The position numbers and the translations under genes are program-made. A DNA stretch of 64,000 bases. Origin: Bdellovibrionaceae bacterium UBA2351. GTDB lineage: Bacteria > Bdellovibrionota > Bdellovibrionia > Bdellovibrionales > Bdellovibrionaceae. The notes beneath the pieces are model-generated. The model ran no database searches and was not told where the DNA came from. It was given only the letters and a program-made list of their open reading frames with translations. Within the stretch, counting starts at the first letter, position 1, and every line of letters begins with the position of its first letter. Positions 46,810 to 56,355 of the stretch are shown here, piece by piece. Where the stretch lies: the NCBI GenBank assembly GCA_002344565.1, contig DDTZ01000055.1:10-64009 (forward strand), written 5' to 3'.

Positions 46810-48182
46810 GTAAATCCGATTAGTACAAATACGACGCTTGTTTTAATCAGCGTAATTACAAAAATATCTTTGTAGCAGTCTTTGTGGGTCATTCCAGTAA
46901 TCGCAAGTAAAGTTATTACGGCGCCATTATGAGGCAGTGTGTCCATGCCGCCAGACGCCATCGAAGCCACTCGATGCAAAAGTTCTGCACTTGTGCCATG
47001 TTCTTGAGCCCACTTCAAATATTCGGCGCCAAAGGAATCTAGAGCAATACTTAATCCTCCTGAAGCTGAACCCGTGACTCCAGAGAGGACGTTTACAGTG
47101 ATGGCTTCAGATAGAAGGGGGCTGCCGCCGCGACCAATGCTCATCATCGCTTCGGCGATTGTTTTAAATCCCGGTAGTACTTTAACAACATTACCAAAAC
47201 CTACTTCGGAGGCCGTATTCATAATCGCGAGTAAAGATCCCGTCGCTCCTAAGCTGATGGCATTAGCCAATTTACCGGATAAGCGTTTTGGGTTTAACAA
47301 CGTCGCTAGTAATACGCCGACTGATAGAGCAATGATAAGAGCCCAGTTATTCATTGTACCTTTTAGAGTATTCAAATCCATTTTGTAAGGTGGTTCCCCT
47401 GCCCAAGTGGAAATGTCCCATTGAGGAAATACGACCTTTTGCAAAAGCAAAGTCACCAATAAAACACTCATCAACGGAATCGCTGCCACTAGCGGGGAAG
47501 GCAGACTCTGTAGTTTCTGAGTTGTAGATTCGGCTTCGGCCACGCCGTAGCCAATACCCTGTGCTTGAAATTGTTTGCGCTTATATTCCAGATACCACAT
47601 GCCACTTACAAAAATGATAATGCCACCGATAGTTCCAAACACCGGGGCCGCATATAAATCGGTGTTAAAGAATTTCATTGGAATGGAATTTTGGATTTGC
47701 GGAGTTCCGGGAAGTGCATCCATTGTAAACGTGAAAGCACCGAGTGCAATTGTGGGAGGTAGTAATTTCTTTGGAATATTCGCGCTTCTAAACAAAGATG
47801 CGCCAAATGGGTAAACGGCAAACGCAACCACGAACAAGCTAACCCCGCCATACGTTAAGACGGCGCAGGATAGAACAATCGCTAAAATACTATGCCTAGT
47901 TCCCAATTTTTGAGTAATGGCCTGGGCGATTGATTCAGCTGCTCCCGATTGTTCCATGACTTTGCCGAAGACTGCGCCTAACAAGAAGAATGGAAAGTAG
48001 ACCTTTACGTAACCCGCAAGTTGAGGCAGAAACAATTCGGTAAATGTCGGCAATGGTGATAAACCAGAAAAAGCGGCGGCTAATAAAGCAAATATCGGAG
48101 CAAAGAAAATAACGGAAAAGCCTCGATAGGCCATATACATTAATAATCCTAAACTGATTAGAATTCCTAAACTTGCAAGCAT
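46794..48182 (-). CDS. GntP-family (COG2610-like) organic-anion permease
   Basis: About 12 TM helices. The MDALPGTPQIQNSIP segment and overall layout resemble the gluconate/hydroxy-acid:H+ symporter family. ATG 48182 follows GAGGTG. Confidence 0.55.
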   Translation of the reverse strand: MLASLGILISLGLLMYMAYRGFSVIFFAPIFALLAAAFSGLSPLPTFTELFLPQLAGYVKVYFPFFLLGAVFGKVMEQSGAAESIAQAITQKLGTRHSILAIVLSCAVLTYGGVSLFVVAFAVYPFGASLFRSANIPKKLLPPTIALGAFTFTMDALPGTPQIQNSIPMKFFNTDLYAAPVFGTIGGIIIFVSGMWYLEYKRKQFQAQGIGYGVAEAESTTQKLQSLPSPLVAAIPLMSVLLVTLLLQKVVFPQWDISTWAGEPPYKMDLNTLKGTMNNWALIIALSVGVLLATLLNPKRLSGKLANAISLGATGSLLAIMNTASEVGFGNVVKVLPGFKTIAEAMMSIGRGGSPLLSEAITVNVLSGVTGSASGGLSIALDSFGAEYLKWAQEHGTSAELLHRVASMASGGMDTLPHNGAVITLLAITGMTHKDCYKDIFVITLIKTSVVFVLIGFTMLFQ

Positions 48183-48234
48183 AGTCACCTCGGTGCACGT
48201 TCTATATCGTGCGACCGAGACTAATACAAATGGA

Positions 48235-50610
48235 TTAATTAATTTCGCTAGGGACTTTTTCTTTATCGAAAATTAACTCGAACGGAGCAATGTCTGGTTC
48301 AAGTTCGACGTTCAAGTTTAATTTACCAATTTTTTCTTTGTCGATAACGATGCGTCTGATTTTATCTTCAGGGAACGGAAAATCGATTTTTGGGTGATCT
48401 TTCAATGCCGTTTTCATGTAGTTAGACCAAACTGGCACGGCACCTGATCCACCTGTTAAGCCAGTGACTCCATTTTGATCGTATCCGACCCATACGAGTG
48501 CGGTTTTGAGAGGAGTCATTCCGATAAACCAAGTGTCTTTGTAATCGTTTGTTGTGCCTGTTTTGCCGGCGATCGAAATATCAAATCCAGCAGAGGCTAA
48601 ACCTTTGGCCGTTCCTGTAATGGGCGTTTGCTTCATTACGCCGATCAAAATCGAAGTAAGAACATCATCAAATACGGGTTCAGGGGATGGTTTATACTCA
48701 TAGACTAATTGATCTTTAAAATCATACACACGCTTGATAAAGCTTAATTCCACTTTCTTGCCTAAATTCGCCAGTGTTGAATAGATCTGTAACGCTTCGA
48801 TTGGATACATTTCGAAAGCGCCCAGAGTCAGCGATGGGAAGGGTTGCAATGGCGAGTAGGCGCCCAGTTTCTTGGCGTTGGCAATAATATCATCTAGGCC
48901 GACGGTTTGACCTAGTAATGCCGTGGACGCATTCAATGAATTTTTCAAAGCATAGTAAAAAGGAACCGGTCCAAAAAATTTCTTGGCGTAATTTTCAGGT
49001 GACCATTTCTTTTTATTTAAGGTCCATACAAATGGCTCGTCTTTAATGGGCGTCATCGGGGTAAATGGACGATAGCTACCAAATAGTTTTCCTAAACCAG
49101 TAGCTTCAACAAAGCCTTCTTCTGTTTTGATTTTCTCTAAAGCGGTTAAGTAAACGATAGGTTTGAAAATCGATCCGACTTGGCGATGGCCCTCAATTGC
49201 ACGATTGAACTGAGTCATGCGGAAGCTGCGCCCACCAACCAGAACATCGACAATACCCGTTTGGTGATCAGTGGAAATAACCACGCCCTCAAGCGATTGG
49301 CCTTTAGTTTTTTTCTCGGCCAGTTTTTTATTTTCTTTTTCAAGAGCCGCTAGGTGATTTTGCAAAGCCTCTTGTGCTTTTTGTTGCATATCTAAATTTA
49401 ATCCTGTTTGGATGCGCGTGCCATCCGCGGGGATGTTTAATTTCTTCAATTGCTTGCGAACGGCATCCAAATAGAACGGTGCGGTTTCGGACGCCTGAGC
49501 TGGACGTTTTTTGGGCATCGGTTTTTTAACTGCTTCATCATATTCGGTATCTGATATCAACTTTAAGTCCTTCATTTTAGTGAGAACCAAATTACGACGA
49601 GTCATCGTTTTTTCAACTTTTGTAAATGGATTGTATACGCCGGGCCCATTTAAAACCGCAGCAAGTAAGGCACACTCATCTAAAGCTAGGTCTGATATTT
49701 TTTTATCGAAATAGAACTGGCTGGCAGAACCAAAACCGATAATTTGAAACGGTCCATTTTGCCCCATGTAAATCACGTTCATGTATGTTTCTAAAATTTC
49801 GTCTTTAGTCATTTTTTTTTCGATCAATACCGATAAAATAAACTCTTCGGCTTTACGACGGATAGAGCGTTCATTAGTTAAGAAATAATTTTTAACCAGC
49901 TGCTGAGTGATCGTACTGCCACCTTGCGGCTTTTTGCCTTTCAAGAGAGGCGCTAAAACTCCCCGTACGGTCCCTTTGATGCTGTAACCTTTGTGTTCTA
50001 AAAACTGAGCGTCCTCGATGGCCATGATCGCGTTTGGACAATTAGTTGGAAGATCTTTGATTTCCACCATTTCTTGCATGATGGGTTCGGCGTTTAAATA
50101 TTGTGCTAAAATTTCTGGATCTAGTTCGGCTACTTCAACCGTTTCGGGGCGAGCATTTATGCGAATATCGACAATGCGTAAATCAGGTGCTAAAAATGCT
50201 TGATAGACTTCAACATCAGTTTCGATCAACTCGGCGTTGCGTCCTGGCCTCTTAGCAAAAAGCAGGCAGCTATCATACTCAAAATCAATTTCAGGAACCA
50301 TAGCTTTACAGCTATCCCGTTTGCCCCAAAAGTAGTCCCCCGGCATAATGCGCTGGCTATTTTGGCGTTGGCGGAAATTTTGACGAGTGAAATACTGAAT
50401 TAATGACTCACGCGGTAGAATGTATCCCTTTTTTAAAGCAATTGGTGCTGCATAGAAGATCGTTGGGTTTAAGAATTTCTTGGATTTAAGTCGTTCTTCA
50501 AGATCCTTCTCGTAGTTAGTGAACGCATGTGCCGAGTAGATGATCGACAGCGTCAGAGTGATTGTAAAAGCTAATAAAATAGTCTTTAATCGACTTCGAA
50601 TTAAGGGCAT
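48235..50610 (-). CDS. mrcA: Bifunctional class A penicillin-binding protein (PBP1A type)
   Basis: N-terminal TM anchor. Glycosyltransferase motifs EDAQFLEHKGY and GGSTITQQLVKN. Transpeptidase motifs SIFK (SxxK), SLN and KTGTT. Confidence 0.9.
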   Translation of the reverse strand: MPLIRSRLKTILLAFTITLTLSIIYSAHAFTNYEKDLEERLKSKKFLNPTIFYAAPIALKKGYILPRESLIQYFTRQNFRQRQNSQRIMPGDYFWGKRDSCKAMVPEIDFEYDSCLLFAKRPGRNAELIETDVEVYQAFLAPDLRIVDIRINARPETVEVAELDPEILAQYLNAEPIMQEMVEIKDLPTNCPNAIMAIEDAQFLEHKGYSIKGTVRGVLAPLLKGKKPQGGSTITQQLVKNYFLTNERSIRRKAEEFILSVLIEKKMTKDEILETYMNVIYMGQNGPFQIIGFGSASQFYFDKKISDLALDECALLAAVLNGPGVYNPFTKVEKTMTRRNLVLTKMKDLKLISDTEYDEAVKKPMPKKRPAQASETAPFYLDAVRKQLKKLNIPADGTRIQTGLNLDMQQKAQEALQNHLAALEKENKKLAEKKTKGQSLEGVVISTDHQTGIVDVLVGGRSFRMTQFNRAIEGHRQVGSIFKPIVYLTALEKIKTEEGFVEATGLGKLFGSYRPFTPMTPIKDEPFVWTLNKKKWSPENYAKKFFGPVPFYYALKNSLNASTALLGQTVGLDDIIANAKKLGAYSPLQPFPSLTLGAFEMYPIEALQIYSTLANLGKKVELSFIKRVYDFKDQLVYEYKPSPEPVFDDVLTSILIGVMKQTPITGTAKGLASAGFDISIAGKTGTTNDYKDTWFIGMTPLKTALVWVGYDQNGVTGLTGGSGAVPVWSNYMKTALKDHPKIDFPFPEDKIRRIVIDKEKIGKLNLNVELEPDIAPFELIFDKEKVPSEIN

Positions 50611-50614
50611 ATAT

Positions 50615-50893
50615 ATGAAACTAACAAATCAGCAGCTCGAAGTCATCGTCAATAAAGTAATGAAAGCTTGGAAAGACAATAATGTAATCGAGTTCAAAGA
50701 GGACGAGAAAAAAGTCCTGAACCGAATGCTCGAAAGTCTTAAACAGGACTTTCAAAAAGAACTGGATTTAGAAAAAGAAGTGAATGCCATGTTGGATAAA
50801 CTGGAAGCTTCGAATTCAGGCGAATTTCAGCGATACAAAATGTATCCGTTACTGAAACAAAAATTAGCGAAAGAGAAAAAGGTAATTCTATGA
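50615..50893 (+). CDS. DUF507-like small protein (first of a pair)
   Basis: 92-aa helical, charged protein; MKLTNQQLEVIVNKVMKAW resembles DUF507 N-termini. AAGGG lies 7 nt upstream of the ATG. Confidence 0.55.
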   Translation: MKLTNQQLEVIVNKVMKAWKDNNVIEFKEDEKKVLNRMLESLKQDFQKELDLEKEVNAMLDKLEASNSGEFQRYKMYPLLKQKLAKEKKVIL

Positions 50894-51159
50894 TTTTGTC
50901 AGAAGAACGCCAATCCCACTGGGCCCATTTGCTAACCGATAGTATTTGGAACGATGACATGGTTGACTACACGGATGAAGACCAAGCATTAAGGTTAGCT
51001 AAAGTCGCCATCAAAGAATTCGTGAACGAAGATAGCGCCGTCGACAAACGGGCTCGGGACAAGGTCGCCTCTCTAAAACGTGGAGTTGTCGAAGGTTCAC
51101 CGGAGTGGGAAGTTTTGTATAAAAAATATTACGAAGAGGAAAGAAAGAAAAATGGCTAA
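50890..51159 (+). CDS. DUF507-family protein (second of the pair)
   Basis: LKRGVVEGSPEWEVLYKKYYEEERKK matches my memory of the DUF507 C-terminal signature. ATGA overlap with the upstream gene. Confidence 0.6.
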   Translation: MILSEERQSHWAHLLTDSIWNDDMVDYTDEDQALRLAKVAIKEFVNEDSAVDKRARDKVASLKRGVVEGSPEWEVLYKKYYEEERKKNG

Positions 51160-51718
51160 GGCAAAGAAAACAGCACCAAAGAAAACAGCAGCTAAAGCGG
51201 CAAAGCCAAAAGCGGCGCTAAAAAAGCAAACAAAGCCAGCTGCGAAAGCTAAAATTAAAACGGCAGCGAAGAAAGTGACTCCTAAAAAAGTAGTTAAGGC
51301 CGCTCCTAAGAAAACAGCAGTAAAAGTCGCTCCTAAAAAAGCGTCTAAACCCGCGGCTTCCAAAGCGCCTGCTCGCTCAGCTGCAGCGGCGACAGTTGAT
51401 AAAAAATCTGAAAGTTATTTCAAAACATACCTTAAACCGCTTGATGATCGTATGGTTGTTCTAGTGGGTGCTAACGAACGTGTTACTGCGGGTGGATTAA
51501 TTATTCCCGATACAGTGACGGACGTGTCTGGTAATTTTCAGGGTAAAGTGATGGCCATCGGTCGCGGTCACATGAACAAAAAAGGTCGTGTGAAAACGAT
51601 GGATGTTTCAGTCGGAGATAAAGTCGTGTTCTCGCAATTTTCGGGAAGCCAAATTGATATAGATGGAAATAATATCATGATCATTCGTGAATCTGATGTT
51701 CTAGGAATTGTAAAATAA
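51152..51718 (+). CDS. GroES/Cpn10-domain protein with a ~95-aa N-terminal Lys/Ala/Pro-rich (histone H1-like) extension
   Basis: The C-terminal half aligns along its length with E. coli GroES (KPLDDRMVV / RPLHDRVIV; TAGGLIIP / SAGGIVL; GKVMAIGRG / GEVLAVGNG; VGDKVVF / VGDIVIF; IRESDVLGIV / MSESDILAIV). The N-terminus is MAKAKKTAPKKTAAKAAKPKAALKKQTKPAAKAKIKTAAKK... ATG 51152 overlaps the upstream stop. Confidence 0.8.
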   Translation: MAKAKKTAPKKTAAKAAKPKAALKKQTKPAAKAKIKTAAKKVTPKKVVKAAPKKTAVKVAPKKASKPAASKAPARSAAAATVDKKSESYFKTYLKPLDDRMVVLVGANERVTAGGLIIPDTVTDVSGNFQGKVMAIGRGHMNKKGRVKTMDVSVGDKVVFSQFSGSQIDIDGNNIMIIRESDVLGIVK

Positions 51719-51725
51719 GGAATAT

Positions 51726-53117
51726 ATGAAAATACTTTTATTTTTAGTCACACTGACTCAACTTGCTCTTGCCAATCAAATCGACTGGACGGGTGGCTAT
51801 CGTTTTGAATATCTAGAAATCGATCGCCCGAGTTTAGGAACTCCGTATGCTCGTAAGGGTTATGGAATGCACTTCTTGTACTTGTCTCCAAAAATGATCG
51901 TATCCGATGGTATTCAAGTGGTGACTCGTTTCGATGTTATGGGTGATGCGAGTTCAAAATATAATTCTTACCTAGGCACGGTTTGGGGTGAAGGTAATAA
52001 AAATACAACAGCGGCGAATTCAAATGTTATGGGTCGCAACTCTACAAGTTCAGCGATTCGCGCGTCGCAAATGTACTTTAATTTGAGCCAAGAAAATGCG
52101 TCATTGATCGTAGGTCGCGCGCCGTTCGAATTTGGTATTGGTATGAGCTATAGTGTGGGTAATGGATTATTCGATCATTGGAATAGTAACCGCGATCAGA
52201 TCTCTTACAAAATGTTAGTAGACAATATGATCCTGATGCCTTTCATTTCTAGACATCATGATGATGGTTATGCGCAAGGTGACCTAGTTCAGGACGAAGG
52301 CTTCATGGTCCTTTATGATAACAAACAAACCGGTAATCAGATTGGTATCATGCTAGAACGTCGTAAGGCGAGTTTATCAGCGAATGATGCACCTGTTGGT
52401 TCAGTTACTACTAATTTAAGTTCAATTGCTGACGCTGTTCAGGGTGACTACAGTGTTCAGAAAACTAATTTCATTCTTGGTAAGGACTGGGATTCATTCA
52501 GCTTCCGTCTAGAAGCGGGATTTAATTCGGGCGACATGGGCCTAGTTAAAAATGGCCAAAGTGTTAAATCGACGGGTTACGGTATCGCATCTGAGTGGAA
52601 TTTCAGAACTAGCGGAAGTTGGAATTATGCGATTAAGACGGGTGTCGCAAGCGGGGATAATCCAGATACTACTGATTATGAAGGTTTCCAATTTGATCGC
52701 AATTACGATGTTGCGTTCTTGATGTTCAATCATCGCCTAGGTACATTTGATACTCTAAGAACCGCTGCCATTCGTGATACGACGTTAACTGCGGGTAACA
52801 GCCCTGATGACGAAGCTATCAGCAACGCGTTCTACTTTGCGCCTGTGTTTAAATACCGTTGGAGCGATAAATTAGATTTAAATCAAACGATCGCATGGGG
52901 TCAGTTGATGGTAAGCCCATTAGCTGGTGGTACAGCCTCTAAAGAATTAGGTTTTGAATATGATATTGAACTTAATTATAAACTTCGTGAAAAAGTAATG
53001 TGGTCAAATCAATTGGGTTTCATGTTCCCAGGTGCTGCATTTAAATCTGATACGGTTCCAGGTTCTGAAAATAATTTCACATTCGGTTTTGCATCTAAAA
53101 TCGGCCTTCAGTTCTAA
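51726..53117 (+). CDS. Outer-membrane beta-barrel protein of unknown function
   Basis: Signal peptide MKILLFLVTLTQLALA, long alternating-strand pattern and C-terminal ...KIGLQF. Starts 7 nt after the GroES-like gene. Confidence 0.5.
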   Translation: MKILLFLVTLTQLALANQIDWTGGYRFEYLEIDRPSLGTPYARKGYGMHFLYLSPKMIVSDGIQVVTRFDVMGDASSKYNSYLGTVWGEGNKNTTAANSNVMGRNSTSSAIRASQMYFNLSQENASLIVGRAPFEFGIGMSYSVGNGLFDHWNSNRDQISYKMLVDNMILMPFISRHHDDGYAQGDLVQDEGFMVLYDNKQTGNQIGIMLERRKASLSANDAPVGSVTTNLSSIADAVQGDYSVQKTNFILGKDWDSFSFRLEAGFNSGDMGLVKNGQSVKSTGYGIASEWNFRTSGSWNYAIKTGVASGDNPDTTDYEGFQFDRNYDVAFLMFNHRLGTFDTLRTAAIRDTTLTAGNSPDDEAISNAFYFAPVFKYRWSDKLDLNQTIAWGQLMVSPLAGGTASKELGFEYDIELNYKLREKVMWSNQLGFMFPGAAFKSDTVPGSENNFTFGFASKIGLQF

Positions 53118-53136
53118 TACGGACATTCCGTCCTAG

Positions 53137-53170
53137 AAAATCCAAAACCCAAATCCGTCATGGATTTGGG
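53137..53170 (-). terminator. Terminator of the 538-aa secreted protein gene
   Basis: The reverse strand reads CCCAAATCC-ATGAC-GGATTTGGG followed by TTTTGGATTTT. Confidence 0.55.
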
Positions 53171-53215
53171 GGAGGACTAAATCAATTTTTAAAATACATA
53201 CTAACTAAGTGGTAA

Positions 53216-54832
53216 TTAAATACCGCGACCGCCACCTCGGCTGCCGCTGTTGCCGTTTGAAAGCACTTGGCGGATTAGAGATGAAGTTCCCGAGTTAATA
53301 GCTCCTGAATTTACGCCAGTTCCGCGCATTCCACGAGCCGCATTCGAGATCGCTGTATCAAGTGAATTGATGCCTCTTTCAAGAATGGATGGGTTATTGA
53401 TAACTTCTTTTAAAATAGCGGCTTTGAAGTCGTTCATTTCTCTAGTTATATCGCGATATGAATCGTTTTCAAGTAGGCCATTTTTGCGAGCGAAGTTTAA
53501 TCCATCGTTCATTGTTCCGTAAAGATCTGTATTTAAACCTCTTAGGTAGTCAAAGTTCGCAAGGAAGCTTGCAAAGCTAGATTGAGCTCCAGCGTAGTCT
53601 TGTGATCTGATTTGATCATTACGATTACTTAAGTTTGATAGAGCTTCATCCGCTTGTTCGCGTAGCGCTGATTTGTATAAACCAGATACTGCGGCACGAG
53701 TATCGGAGTATTCGCCATCAATATCACGTAGTAGTGATTTGATTAAAGCAAGAGCATCGCGCTTGTCAGCCCTAGCCTCGCTTTTCTCTCTAGAGATTTC
53801 AGAGTAAAGCTCGCTGTTGCGTAGTCTTTGTTCAAGTACAGTTAAGCCTTCGACTGGTTGGATATCGAATTTATGAGTTAACATTTCTTTTAATCCATCA
53901 GCGATTTCATCATTGAAATAAGTTTCAGCATCTTCATCAGTGATTAGACGAGCTACTTTATTTCCGTCTTTGTCTTTTTTGCTTTTAGCTGCTTTTTTAT
54001 CTGATTTTAAAAGTTGAACGAACTCTTTTGATTTGCAGCTAACTTCAGATGACGTTTTAGTTAAGTGTTTGCAACGTTGGTGAATTTTAGCTCTTAACGT
54101 TGTTAAACCTTTAGAGACCGTAGCTTTTGAATCATCCTCAGATGACTCTGCTGTCTTGGTAGTTTGAGTCTTTGCATTTTTCTTGCGGTGAATGTCTTTG
54201 GGAATAATTTGTTGTCTTAATTTATCTTTGATAGCTGCGATATTGCTTCCCATTTCGCCGTCGATAACTTCAACGCGGGGTGATTTACCGCATTCATCTT
54301 TACAGTCACTGCCTTCTGGTTTTTCAGAATAGATAACAGTAGTTTGGCCGTTGGCAGTGATTAATTTTACTTTATAATCATGTCCATCTACAAATACGTC
54401 ATAGTCTTCAGACGTAGCGGCAACTGGTGCGCTTGTTCGTGCAGCAGAGGTATCTCCACGAGGGTTTGTGCGTTGGTCATTTGTCGATGCTCTTGCTACT
54501 GGTGGCGCAGCAATTTGTGCTGATGTTGGCACGACTACGTCGGCTGGTGTTTGCGCCGATTCTTCTACTTGTGTCGGTGGATTTGTTTTAGCGGCTTCTG
54601 CTGCGCGTGCAGCTTCGGCTGCCTTTGCTGCATCAGCTGTTGTGCGAGATGCTTTTTTAGCTTCAGCAGCAGCTACTAGTTTAGCTTCCGCTTCTGCTGA
54701 TGGTTTTGGCGCTAATTGAGTTGATGACAGTTGCGCATAGCCATCGAGTTTATTGTCATTGCCCGAGATTGAAAATCCCAGAGCTGCGAATAGTGTTCCA
54801 TATAGGAACCATTGCTTTGTTTGTGTTTTCAT
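53216..54832 (-). CDS. Secreted hypothetical protein with an Ala/Glu/Lys-rich N-terminal region and Gly/Arg C-terminus
   Basis: ATG 54832 follows GGAGG. Signal-like MKTQTKQWFLYGTLFAALGFSISG, an AEAEAKLVAAAEAKKA..AAKAAEAARAAEAAK tract and a C-terminal GSRGGGRGI. Confidence 0.5.
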   Translation of the reverse strand: MKTQTKQWFLYGTLFAALGFSISGNDNKLDGYAQLSSTQLAPKPSAEAEAKLVAAAEAKKASRTTADAAKAAEAARAAEAAKTNPPTQVEESAQTPADVVVPTSAQIAAPPVARASTNDQRTNPRGDTSAARTSAPVAATSEDYDVFVDGHDYKVKLITANGQTTVIYSEKPEGSDCKDECGKSPRVEVIDGEMGSNIAAIKDKLRQQIIPKDIHRKKNAKTQTTKTAESSEDDSKATVSKGLTTLRAKIHQRCKHLTKTSSEVSCKSKEFVQLLKSDKKAAKSKKDKDGNKVARLITDEDAETYFNDEIADGLKEMLTHKFDIQPVEGLTVLEQRLRNSELYSEISREKSEARADKRDALALIKSLLRDIDGEYSDTRAAVSGLYKSALREQADEALSNLSNRNDQIRSQDYAGAQSSFASFLANFDYLRGLNTDLYGTMNDGLNFARKNGLLENDSYRDITREMNDFKAAILKEVINNPSILERGINSLDTAISNAARGMRGTGVNSGAINSGTSSLIRQVLSNGNSGSRGGGRGI

Positions 54833-55088
54833 AAATTCCTCCATTATAGCGAGCCGTCCGGGCTCTATTTTTTCTTTATCCAACTAAAGAAATTGCAAGC
54901 CGATGACCAAAAGCTGGCCGAGACTAGGTTTGTGATTTTGCTCCTAAACCATTGAAATCGATAAATTATTTGAAGAATTTTTTTCATGTATCAGCTTGAA
55001 ACGCTGTCAAACATTTGGTGTCTCAGTATGAGAAAATAAAAATTACCTAGGATTTTCAACAGCTTGACTTGAAAGGTACAAACTAGCT

Positions 55089-56306
55089 ATGAGTCATAAA
55101 ATGCCTCTGTTTAAATTCGAAAAAAATCCCACTATCCCGGCTCATCTAGCGATCGCAGACAGCGATTGGTTAAATCCGCAGTGGCAGATGCAAAATGCAC
55201 TTAAGGGTCTTTCGGATTATCAGAAGTATTTTAGTTTGCAGCCAGATGAAGCCAGTGTGTTTCACGAATCGTCGGAGTTATTTAATATCCGCTGCACGCC
55301 TTATTACGCGTCATTAGCGAAAGATCGTCCTCATCATCCTATTCGTAAAATTCTAATGCCGAATCAAAAGGAGCTCATTTCTGAAAATCAAGAAATGCTG
55401 GATCCTTTAGGTGAAAAGAAAAATCAGAAATCAAAACGTTTGATTCACAGATATTCAGATCGTGCTCTACTTTTGATCACTGATTTCTGCAGCGTCTATT
55501 GCCGGTACTGCACACGCAAACATTTTACGGGTCAAGATCAAGTTTTGGCGCGCAAAGAAGATCTGGATGATGCTTTAGCATACATCAAAGCTCATCCGGG
55601 AATCAAAGAGGTGATTTTATCTGGTGGTGACCCATTAACTTTGTCTGATTCCGTTTTAGATCGCGTACTGTTTGAAATCAGAAAGATTGAACATGTCGAA
55701 ATCATTCGAATTGGTTCGAGAATGCCGGTGGTGTGTCCCCAGCGAATTACAGAGGATCTGTGCAAGATATTGAAAAAATATAAGCCCGTGTATTTTATGA
55801 ACCATTTCAATCACCCTAAAGAAATCACCGAGCTTGCGGCCGAGAAACTAGAGATGATTGTGGATCACGGTGTGCCTTCGTTCAATCAAATGGTTCTCTT
55901 AAACGGCGTAAACAATCATGAAGCGATCGTGCAGGCATTATCACGACGTTTGCTCTATCTTCGTGTGAAACCGTACTACATGTTCCAATGCGATCCTTCG
56001 CAAGGAACGGACTACTTAAGAACAAGCGTAGAAAACTCGCTGAAGATTCAAAAAAACCTATGGGGTCATCTATCAGGTTTAGCGATGCCGAACCTAGCCA
56101 TCGACATTCCAGACGGCGGAGGCAAAACCTATTACTCACCAAACTTCGAAACACACAGGACAGAAAACACCATCCACTACAAAGGCTGGGACGGCATAGA
56201 GGGAAAATACATAAGCCCGCCAGAGTCTGACATCATCGACCCAATAGACGCCGAAGACTACATCGCCGAATGGAAAACCATCCAATCCTCAAAAGTCAGC
56301 TGCTAG
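55089..56306 (+). CDS. kamA: Lysine 2,3-aminomutase (KamA-family radical SAM enzyme)
   Basis: CSVYCRYCTRK (CxxxCxxC) in KamA context, ILSGGDPL and a conserved C-terminal domain; 405 aa. Confidence 0.8.
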   Translation: MSHKMPLFKFEKNPTIPAHLAIADSDWLNPQWQMQNALKGLSDYQKYFSLQPDEASVFHESSELFNIRCTPYYASLAKDRPHHPIRKILMPNQKELISENQEMLDPLGEKKNQKSKRLIHRYSDRALLLITDFCSVYCRYCTRKHFTGQDQVLARKEDLDDALAYIKAHPGIKEVILSGGDPLTLSDSVLDRVLFEIRKIEHVEIIRIGSRMPVVCPQRITEDLCKILKKYKPVYFMNHFNHPKEITELAAEKLEMIVDHGVPSFNQMVLLNGVNNHEAIVQALSRRLLYLRVKPYYMFQCDPSQGTDYLRTSVENSLKIQKNLWGHLSGLAMPNLAIDIPDGGGKTYYSPNFETHRTENTIHYKGWDGIEGKYISPPESDIIDPIDAEDYIAEWKTIQSSKVSC

Positions 56307-56351
56307 GTTTTTGCAACGCTATGAATTGCAAAAACCTAGCAGCTGACTTTT
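56291..56351. terminator. 26-bp perfect inverted repeat (9-nt loop) between convergent kamA and the acetoacetyl-CoA synthetase gene
   Basis: AAAAGTCAGCTGCTAGGTTTTTGCAA (56291-56316) and its exact reverse complement (56326-56351). The left arm includes the last 5 codons and the stop of kamA. Confidence 0.7.
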
Positions 56352-56355
56352 GCCG

